DNA of 55,626 bases, from the IMG/VR virus record IMGVR_UViG_3300021495_000006, positions 1 to 55,626 of that record. One strand, 5' to 3'. Under the pieces are notes generated by a model, which searched no databases, was not told the origin of the DNA, and worked only from the letters and a program-made list of their open reading frames with translations. Shown here in pieces: positions 35,704-44,500 of this stretch. The DNA is from a virus (Duplodnaviria > Caudoviricetes). Each line of letters begins with the position of its first letter. Positions within the stretch are counted from its first letter, which is position 1. Both the position numbers and the translations under genes were made by a program.

Positions 35704-36853
35704 ATAGCTCCTTTCTCGTGATCCCCGATGTCCATGTCAAGGGCTTAAAGGCATCGGGATGGGTCTTGTAAATGCACTCTGTAAAGTCCTTGTATTGGAA
35801 GTGGATATCATACTCCTCTGGATGTAAGGTGATAGGCGTCTTGGGATAAGGCACATAAAACACCAAATCCATCTTGTCGGGGCGGTTCTCCAATATCCAG
35901 CGCCGCGTCTCTTCGATTGTCTGCTTGTCTTCCCCCGGCAGGCCCAATATCAAGAAGCACTTGGCAGCAATGCCCACCTGCTTGCACCATTGGACGACCT
36001 GCGTGTTTTGTTCCACAGTCGTCCCCTTGTTGATAATATCCAGAATCTTCTGGCTACCACTCTCAATGCCGATGCCGACCTCTACACAGCCCGCTTCCCT
36101 CATTGCCTTCAACATCGGCAAGTCCACCGTGTCCGCCCGGATGAAGCAGCGCCAATAAAGGCCTAAAGGCTTCAGGAGTTCACAAATGCGATATAGCCGC
36201 TTCTTGTTCAGCGTAAAAGTATCATCGAAGAACATCACGGCGCGGTAGCCCATATCATATAATCGGGCAACCTCTTCGTAGACGTTTTCGGCGCTGCGTT
36301 GGACACAGCGGTGGCCCCAGATTGCCGCGCAGCAAAAGCCGCAGTGGAACGGGCATCCCCGGCTGGTGAACATGGTGGTGGCATCGCGTCCCCCAACATC
36401 GAAATGATACCGATGGGCCTGGCTGCGATTGGGGAATGGTATATCGTCAATGTGCATCAAGCTCTGTCTTGTCCCTATGCGAGGCGTCTTAATGATGCGG
36501 CAATGTGTGTCTGCAAGCACAGCATTGATCCATTCCTCGCCCTCGCCCACCACAACCGTGTCGTAGCCCCACTCCAACATCTGTTCTGGAAAGAGCGTGG
36601 CATGAGGGCCGCCCACTATCTTGCGGCCATCCAGTAGCTTCGCCAGCTTTTTAATCTCCCCGGCCTGCGGCGTTGTTCCACTCACCAGGTAGGCATCAAA
36701 GCCCGTTGGAATTGGGTCGGCGTTGAGGTCGAAGTACTCCACTTCATGCCCCGCCCGCTCTAAGACGCTCCACAGATACCACAGGCCAAGCGGCGGGTGG
36801 ACGAAAGGGTCAATGAGAAAGGGCGTTGCGGGCCACACCAATGCGACCTTCAA
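35657..36853 (-). CDS. B12-binding radical SAM protein
   Basis: PPLGL, VGGPHAT, SRGCPFHCGFC (CxxxCxxC), GIESGS. Confidence 0.9.
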   Translation of the reverse strand: MKVALVWPATPFLIDPFVHPPLGLWYLWSVLERAGHEVEYFDLNADPIPTGFDAYLVSGTTPQAGEIKKLAKLLDGRKIVGGPHATLFPEQMLEWGYDTVVVGEGEEWINAVLADTHCRIIKTPRIGTRQSLMHIDDIPFPNRSQAHRYHFDVGGRDATTMFTSRGCPFHCGFCCAAIWGHRCVQRSAENVYEEVARLYDMGYRAVMFFDDTFTLNKKRLYRICELLKPLGLYWRCFIRADTVDLPMLKAMREAGCVEVGIGIESGSQKILDIINKGTTVEQNTQVVQWCKQVGIAAKCFLILGLPGEDKQTIEETRRWILENRPDKMDLVFYVPYPKTPITLHPEEYDIHFQYKDFTECIYKTHPDAFKPLTWTSGITRKELYEARQKILKEAGIGY

Positions 36854-36985
36854 TGATTTCCTCCGCTGCCTTATAGGCCTCTTCAGCGCGCCGCCACAAG
36901 ATCATGACGGAAACGACAAAGAGTATCGGCGTTAGCACCAACGCGCCAACGGTGGTAATGATAAAATGCTTGAGCAGTTCTCTAA

Positions 36986-37549
36986 TCACTCCTTAATCGC
37001 CTCCACATAAAGCGATTGCTCTTGGTGGTAGTCCTGCGTTTCGGCCTGCATCACTGGTGAATGGCTTTCACCCGGTCGCATGGGCACAATCCGCTTGAAC
37101 CCAGCCATCTCTAGCGCCTGCTTCAAGCCATCCCAAGTATAGGCATGTTGGTGACCTGTATACTCTTCACGCCCCGAAAGCGCCCCGAACAATATGCAGG
37201 CCAGCTTATTGTCCTCGTTCAATTGCTGGTAGATGGGGGGCTGGCAATGGGCAAAGTCGCCCATCTCACGGCGCACCCATTTTTCCAGCAACAGCCCAAA
37301 GTCGGGAACAGCAAGCCGCATTACCGCCCCGCGCTTCATCACCCGATGGCATTCCCGTAAGAAACGCAAGGCCTCAATGATGTTCAAATGCTCCAAGAAA
37401 TGAGAGGCATAGATAAGGTCCACACTGTTGTCGGGATAGGGCAATCCCCAGCGCACATCCCGCAGGATGATGCCGGGCCCCGGCTCTTTATCTATGTTGT
37501 GCCACCCTGGGAAGGTGTAGGGCCCACAGCCAATGTTAAGCTTTATCAT
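36986..37549 (-). CDS. Class I SAM-dependent methyltransferase
   Basis: KLNIGCG, IYASHFLEH, RVMKRGA. Confidence 0.85.
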   Translation of the reverse strand: MIKLNIGCGPYTFPGWHNIDKEPGPGIILRDVRWGLPYPDNSVDLIYASHFLEHLNIIEALRFLRECHRVMKRGAVMRLAVPDFGLLLEKWVRREMGDFAHCQPPIYQQLNEDNKLACILFGALSGREEYTGHQHAYTWDGLKQALEMAGFKRIVPMRPGESHSPVMQAETQDYHQEQSLYVEAIKE

Positions 37550-40500
37550 AATCTTCCCACTCTCTTAACCACTCCTCGGCCACACCCTCCCAACTGAAGT
37601 TGGGAGCATAAGCTTTGCCCTTGGCCGCCCACTTCTTGCGGAAAGCCGCATTGGCCAGCAGGCTTACAGCAAAGCCGATAAACATCTGCTGATACCGCCC
37701 GCTGGCCACATAGCCCGGCACCAGGATACCCCTATCCCCCACCGTCTCCGGCAAAGCCCCGCAGGTTGACGTAAGAATCGCCAAGCCCGCCGCCATTGCC
37801 TCCATTGCGGTGATACAGTTGTGGATGACCACACCACCGGCCACAAAGTTGTGTGTGCCCTCGACTTCCATGTTGTAAACGTCTTCATACCCATAAAAGG
37901 ACACAGAAGCCACGCGGTGATTGGCTTGTTGGATTTTCCTACGGGCCAGGCGCGCACATTCCCGCGAACAATATTTGGCCGTTTCCAATCTGTACAGTTG
38001 TACTTCAAACTCTTTGCCACAATATTGGCAATGCAATTTAACTCTTTTGCGGCGAGTCCGCCCCCTACGAAAGACAAACTCCCGCCGCTCCTCCTCGGTC
38101 ATGGAATTCCACAGCGCATGGCCCGCTATCGAGGCACGGCGGCGTTTCTCTTCAGGTGTCAGGCTAGCCCACCATTGTTCAAACCTCGCCTTTCGTTGCT
38201 TCACGCTGATTTTGCTTGGCGGGCGTTGATTGGCAAACGTTTTCTTGGCATGGGCCGAGGGGCTAAGTGCTTGTAGGTTCCCAACCTCATTATTGAAAGC
38301 ATTGCCATCAATGTGGTCTATGTGATAACCCTTAGGTATTGTCCCGTGCGCCCACTCGTACACTAAACGATGCTCATGCTTCCAAGGGCCCTCACCCGTT
38401 CCTACCTCTACGGATATACGTTTTTTAAGACTAACAACTCGGTCGCCAACAGCCAATTGGCTAATAGGCACCCATCCCCGCTCATAAGTCAAAACAAGGT
38501 GATCGGGTGTAGCCTTGAGGCAAGTGCCATCATCCCATTCAACCTTCCAAACTTCGGCTCGGCTACGGGTTTTCTTGACCCATTTGACCGTGCTCAATAC
38601 AAAGGTGCCTGTCTGTTCGTCATAAGACCACACGGGGAATTCGCTGCGCCCCACCAACTCCTTAATAGGCACGCCAAGAGGATATTTGCTGTAGTCTCGC
38701 GGCATGTCAATGAGAGTATCACCTGTGCAACATGATACCTCCAGGAAGGCAGTCGGATAGAACCAGCACCCTGCCGATAGGAATTCGAGAGCTAGTTCGT
38801 CCTGATTCACCCGCCCATGCCAGACGACATTGGGCGTTGCCTCAATCTGTTTCTCCACTTTCTGCTTAAACTCACGCAGTTGGGGCACTTTTTCGATGTT
38901 TTGCCAGCCATAGTAAAGGTGCAGTTCGGCGTCTGGCACAGCCCTTAAGATGACCGGCCACATTGCCAAAAGGTAATCCAACCCCCGGTCGGGGCTTGAG
39001 GCATAGACCACTTTATGCGGATTGCGCTTTACATCCCGGTCAAAACGGGAGAGGTCAATGCCGTTGCGCGTGGGCTTGAGATTGTTCAAGAAACCATAAC
39101 ACATCTGTAAATAATCCGAGTGCCACTGGGAAACGCCCATGATCCGGTCGAAGAAGTGCCCGCGCTCTGGCGTCATGTTGCCGCCCAGGTGCAAATCATG
39201 CACCCATAGCCACTTGACCTTGCCTCCCGCTTGGGCATCGGCCAGCAGCAATCCAGGAAGCCGCCAGCCTACCAGAAGGTCGGGCTGCATATCCGGCTTA
39301 TACCAGGTGTACGGCCAATAGCCCACCCCTTCGTATTCGCCCGCATATTTACCGCAGTCGTTGAAGACATCCACGTGCCAGCCCGCCTTAGCCAACAGTC
39401 GGGCCATGTGGATAACCGCCGTCTCGCTACCTCCAATGCCGCCCTTATGTAGCGAAGGCGGCCCCCATTCCTCCAAACTCTTCCCGCAATAGAAGACGGC
39501 CCACGGGCTATCGGTTGACCGTTGGCGGAAGGCAGCTTTTGTTACCCTTTTGCGAACTTCTGGCACGTCCATTAACTCTGGCGGGATAGGCGTTTGGAGC
39601 ACCGCTGCATCCGGCGCGCCTTCCCAAAATTTCAGCAGCCCCGCCGCTTTGGTGCGTAACTCCAAGATGTAATCGTAAATCTCCAACTTCTTCTTAAGGT
39701 GCTCCGAGTTGGGCGACACCTTCAAGGCGTCTATCACAATCTGTCTGGCCGTCTCCAAATCGCCAATGTGATAGTAGGCGATGTTGGCGAATAGTGCGGG
39801 ATTATACGTGTAATCCAGGGGATTGGTGAAGATAGCCGCGTCGGGCACTTTGGCCATGCGTCCCAGCTTGTCCCACCAAACGGCCTTCTCATATCGCCCC
39901 ATCCTGGTATAGGCTTCGCTGATCCCGAAGTAAGGATCGGCCCAGTCGGGAAAAAGGACGATGGCCTCTAGGTTTTTTTCAATGCATCTTCGGTAGTCCC
40001 CCAAGAGGCAGTAGCAGTCCGCCAGGAAATGAAGGGCTTGCCATCTCTCCTCCAGCGCGGATTCCAAGCGCAGGTAACGCTCATACCACAAAGCCGCGTT
40101 CTCCCAATCGCGGAGCGCATAATACTGATGCGCAATATAACACAGTGTACGCTTATCGTTAGGATTCTCTTCATAATCCATCTCCAGAAGCTTGAGATTG
40201 CGCTCCGGGTATCCGCGTCCAGTGGGGCTACGATGTAGCACCACAATGTCGGCACTACGGGCGAATTTGGTCGGCCCCAAGGCCTTTAACCCCTCATGCA
40301 CCCGCCGAATCCACGTCCACCCTATGCTCCGTTTAACGGCCCTCTCCCTGGTGAGGATGGTGATACAATTGCCGTTGTCGTCGAAACCATAGAAATAGGC
40401 CAGAAGCAAGCAGCCATAGCCTTGCTTGTCCAGCTTTTCAATAAGCGGTCGCAGCTCTTCGGCATTGTCCAATACGTCGTCAGCGTCCAGCCAGAAAGCC

Positions 40501-40781
40501 CAATCGGTGGTCAGTTTTTTGTAGACTTCATTGCGTGCTTGAGCGAAGCTGGCAATGCATTCGCCATAGTCCTCGAATTGGAATTTAGGCAGCCATGTCA
40601 GGTCAACGGCTTCGCCGCCGAATTCCTCCACTATTTGGCGTGTCTCGCCTTCCCAGCCCTCTTTGCTGGTGATGCCGACAACAATCTGGTCAAACTTGAC
40701 TGGCTTAACGCTCTCCAAACAAGCTCGCAAACTCTCGGTCTCGTTGCGGCAAATAAGATGTAGCCCGATTGTAACAGACAT
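37536..40781 (-). CDS. GT2-TPR-GT4 multidomain glycosyltransferase containing an intein
   Basis: FAQARN and WLDADD (GT-A), TPR helices, GGSETA/SSPDRGL (GT-B), intein in the EVS|CITAME motif. Confidence 0.9.
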   Translation of the reverse strand: MSVTIGLHLICRNETESLRACLESVKPVKFDQIVVGITSKEGWEGETRQIVEEFGGEAVDLTWLPKFQFEDYGECIASFAQARNEVYKKLTTDWAFWLDADDVLDNAEELRPLIEKLDKQGYGCLLLAYFYGFDDNGNCITILTRERAVKRSIGWTWIRRVHEGLKALGPTKFARSADIVVLHRSPTGRGYPERNLKLLEMDYEENPNDKRTLCYIAHQYYALRDWENAALWYERYLRLESALEERWQALHFLADCYCLLGDYRRCIEKNLEAIVLFPDWADPYFGISEAYTRMGRYEKAVWWDKLGRMAKVPDAAIFTNPLDYTYNPALFANIAYYHIGDLETARQIVIDALKVSPNSEHLKKKLEIYDYILELRTKAAGLLKFWEGAPDAAVLQTPIPPELMDVPEVRKRVTKAAFRQRSTDSPWAVFYCGKSLEEWGPPSLHKGGIGGSETAVIHMARLLAKAGWHVDVFNDCGKYAGEYEGVGYWPYTWYKPDMQPDLLVGWRLPGLLLADAQAGGKVKWLWVHDLHLGGNMTPERGHFFDRIMGVSQWHSDYLQMCYGFLNNLKPTRNGIDLSRFDRDVKRNPHKVVYASSPDRGLDYLLAMWPVILRAVPDAELHLYYGWQNIEKVPQLREFKQKVEKQIEATPNVVWHGRVNQDELALEFLSAGCWFYPTAFLEVSCCTGDTLIDMPRDYSKYPLGVPIKELVGRSEFPVWSYDEQTGTFVLSTVKWVKKTRSRAEVWKVEWDDGTCLKATPDHLVLTYERGWVPISQLAVGDRVVSLKKRISVEVGTGEGPWKHEHRLVYEWAHGTIPKGYHIDHIDGNAFNNEVGNLQALSPSAHAKKTFANQRPPSKISVKQRKARFEQWWASLTPEEKRRRASIAGHALWNSMTEEERREFVFRRGRTRRKRVKLHCQYCGKEFEVQLYRLETAKYCSRECARLARRKIQQANHRVASVSFYGYEDVYNMEVEGTHNFVAGGVVIHNCITAMEAMAAGLAILTSTCGALPETVGDRGILVPGYVASGRYQQMFIGFAVSLLANAAFRKKWAAKGKAYAPNFSWEGVAEEWLREWEDYDKA
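37818..38732 (-). mobile_element. Intein (305 aa) with HNH endonuclease
   Basis: N-terminal CCTGDT, ATPDH block B, C-terminal HNFVAGGVVIHN|C; internal HEHRLVY..IDHIDGN..NN..NL and a CxxC...CSREC finger. Confidence 0.92.
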
Positions 40782-40792
40782 ATTCCTCCTTT

Positions 40793-41296
40793 TCAGAATA
40801 GCGCCCCCGTTGCTCCCCGGCTGTAATATTGGATAACGCGGTCACGCTCCTGCCGGGCCTTCTTGATTTCCTCCAACATCCCAGCAATGATGCCCGGCAC
40901 TTCCGTGGGGGTATTGGCTGGGATGTGAAAGTGAAAGCCCTGCCAGCCGATGTCCTCATCCCGGTCACTCGTCACTACCACCGTCCCGCTCTCTTTCAGG
41001 AGCTTGCGGAAATACGTTTCGCGGTCGGCAATTTCCTTCTCAATCTCTGCCTCCCGCCTTTTGCGCTCCGCCTCAAGCCTGGCCTGATACTTGGCCTCAT
41101 ATTCAGCCTCAAGCTCGGCCCTAAGCTCCTGCTTGATGCGCTCGATTAGACTACGCTCGATTAGACTACGCCCCTCCAACTTCTTATCCCAGCGGGTGAC
41201 GGTGCTGGGATGGACACCCAACTGCTCGGCAAACCACTTCTTGGGCTTGTCAGGATGCTTCTCTCTCAGCTCCAGATATTGCTGGAACTTGTCCAT
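40793..41296 (-). CDS. Post-capsid protein with N-terminal HTH
   Basis: FAEQLGVHPSTVTRW HTH; C-terminal G..F.IP....EVP pattern. Confidence 0.6.
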   Translation of the reverse strand: MDKFQQYLELREKHPDKPKKWFAEQLGVHPSTVTRWDKKLEGRSLIERSLIERIKQELRAELEAEYEAKYQARLEAERKRREAEIEKEIADRETYFRKLLKESGTVVVTSDRDEDIGWQGFHFHIPANTPTEVPGIIAGMLEEIKKARQERDRVIQYYSRGATGALF

Positions 41297-41509
41297 CGTC
41301 TACTCCTTGTCGTTCCTCTTGCCACTCCATCAGCCGCCTACAGGCCATGACCAAATCGGCCAATGCGTGAAGAAACGTCAGGCCACTCGAATAGGCCCCA
41401 TATACCGTTTCGTTACCGTATCTGATTTTGACTTCGATAGAAAATTTATCCATAAGTCCAGGAAGGGGAGCCCCTGAGAGCCCCCAAGGGCTCCCCACTA
41501 CCCTCACGC

Positions 41510-44500
41510 TTAGGCAGCCTGCTTCTGGGTGGTGACGTGCTCCAGACGCACGATCGCGTTCTGATCCAAGATGACACAGGCGTGAGCCAATCTGTTACTT
41601 TTGTGACCATCCCTGCGGGATGGCGGGTGGTCATTTCTGCCACCTCTGCACGTTCATTTCCGTGCAGTTCGGACTATGCCATCACTCTTACGAGTGCGCC
41701 GTCTCTAGTCTCTACACACGCCCACACTCCCCCACAGGAGTGCTGCTTGGCTCGGCGTCGCCATCTCAGGTTTCCGCCGAATTTACGGCGTTTTACAAGG
41801 CCAACTCCGTCAGCCTTCCATCCATGCACCCAATACTGTGCCAACGGATCAGTCTTCGTCGGCGTCGCGGGCACGAAGTACGTCTGAGCCGCCATAGCAT
41901 CCAACTCGGTAATTCCGTAGGCATTCTTGCCGATGAAGAGGGTGCCGTATACGTCCGCTCCCGAAAGGCCCAAGCTGGCGTAAATCTTGGCGTTGGAGGT
42001 CACGACAAATTTGACCCCCAAGTAGTCTCCGATTTCGCCAGTGAACAAGGGGTTGTTGGGCCCACGCGGAGCAGCCCGCTGGAACGCCTCGTTGATGTCA
42101 TCATCGGCAAACATATCCGCCTCGGTGTCGGGATGGATGCAATCTGTTACTTGCATGACCCCATCATTACCCTACCATTACGATGGGGCGGGCAGGCATG
42201 TCTGCCTACCTCTGCGCCTTCCACATTAGGTTATACGCGCAGTTCGGACTGTCGCACCATCTCCGCAATGGAGAGCCCCTCGCTCAGTCTCTACACCCCG
42301 GCCCATGCGGGCCGTTGGCTCGCGGTAACCCACCTCTGGGTGTCCCCCGAATTCAGAGAGGTTTTTCATGCAACCTCACGGCTGCATGGCACCATGCCGA
42401 TGCAAATATACTTCCCATCCACTACCGGCTGGATGTTGTTCCTCTTCAAGGTCTTGACGGCTCGACGGATTTCGGCTGCCGTCAGGAGCATGCCGCTGCC
42501 CACCTGGCCACGCGAACCGGCTGTGGAGGCATACAAGACGTTAGAGCCCGATTGAAGGACCTCACGGTCAATAATATCCAGGGTGAGGCCCATCTGTTCT
42601 GATCTGTTACTTGATGACCTTGGAACATTAATGTTCCAAGGCGGGCGGTCATTTCTGCCGCCTCTGCATGTCGCCATGCAGTCCGGACTCTCCCTTCATT
42701 GCGCCCTATAGGGCGCAATGCCCCCCGTCGAGTCTCTACACCTTCCCGATACGAATACCGGGCTTGGCTCGCGGTTGTCTCAAAGAGACTTTCCCCGAAT
42801 TTGAGGGGTTTACCCTGGGCGAACAGTTCACCCATGAGCTCCGCAGTCTCGGCCAGCACGTTGTCAATCGCCTGCGTCTCCACAAGGTCGCTACCACGGA
42901 TGTAATCCAATCTGTTACTTTGGTGACCACACTATTAGAGTGTGGCGGGTGGTCATTTCTGCCACCTCTGCATGTTTCCATGCAGTTCAGGCCGTCGCTT
43001 CATCCTCTCGGATGCCGTCTCGCTCGGTCGTTGCGGCTGCTCCTACGGCGTTGAGCTTCCGCATCTTATGATACAGCTCCTCACGCCGTAGTAGCTCCCT
43101 CTGTTTTACCTCCTCGGATTGATTACGCCTGTCCACATAGTTGAGAATAAAATCCAGGAGGATTTCGGCTTGGGGCCTTTTCACTCGTAAGTAGGGCAAC
43201 ACCAAACACAACGCCCGGAATACACACCTACGCCCACTTACGACCCAGCGGTAAATTGGCCTTCGGCCATCAGAGGGAGCGCGCTCTATGCGGACACTAC
43301 CGCCCAAGTGTTTGGCCAACAAGTCTATTGGCTCTTTGTCCACCATGCCCACGCTTATGTAAGTAGTGTATCGAGTATCCTTAACGTGGAACTTGGGGTT
43401 GGGCTTCATCTTACAGATTCTAAGCGTGCCTTCGCCGTCTAGAATCCCCGCCAAGTATCCGTATAGAGCCGCTTGCCTCGGGTCATCATGCAGGATTGCC
43501 ATTGCAATCTCCTGTTTAGACTTTCCCGGTATTCAGAGACGGTTTTACTACGGCAATTCCCATTACCGTACTGGCTGATCGTCACAGTGACAGCGGTCAT
43601 GCTCAAGTTGCTGCCTGAAGGGGGCGTGCCCTCAGTCAGGGCAGTCGTCGCAGCAGCAAGAGACTTGAACTTCCTGAACTCAATGCTCTTGCCCGCGCCT
43701 TTTGGGATATTGCGCTTCTGCGCAAACTGCCCGTGAACCAGATTCATGTTTGTTACTCTACCCCCCCCGCTAGTGTGGGGGATAGGGCCTGGTCATTTCT
43801 GCCAGGCTCTGCATGTCGCCATGCAGATCAGACTATTTCATGCTCTCCGCCTTTAATCGTATCGGCTGAGAGCCTCGCCGTATAGTCGTTGAGAGCGCGA
43901 TCTTGGGTTGCTTGGCAGGCAATTGCCGGAATCGCTCCAAAAAGCTCATTTCCTTGGCGATTTCTTCCTCGGTTCGTGCCTTGTGGGGCAAGCGGCGACC
44001 ATGCCAATCACGCTCCCAGTCTCTATCATTGAACCGGCTGGCCTGCTTCCACTCCGCAAATTCGAGGATTAATTCAGCTCGCGGCTTCTTGCAGGTCAAG
44101 TATGGCAAAACAATCCTCAGCAATCGCACAACAGAGTTAATGCGACACACTGTGATTGCCACGGAATCATGCCAATGTTCCCGGCCCTTTTTCCCTTGGT
44201 GGCGGTTGAGCGTGTAGTAATAATGCACTCCCCACCGGGAATAAATCTCACTTAGGCGGCGTAACAGGCTAAACTCCGTGCTTGTCACAGAGATTTTAAT
44301 GCCAAGCGATTGTGTGCCATTGCCCTTATTCCTGACCTCATATAAGCCGCATGAGCCTTCGCCATCCAAAATGCCTGCCACCCATCCGACCTCGATTGGG
44401 TCGGGATCGCGTCTGCTAGTTGTCTCCACCATGGGTCTTTTCCTCCTTTGGGGCCAACGGATACACGAGACTTTCTAGCATAAGGCGAGTTTGCAATTAG

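Noticed and set aside
41139-41171. 15-bp tandem duplication (RSLIE twice)
   Set aside because: In-frame slippage duplication in a linker; no evidence of function
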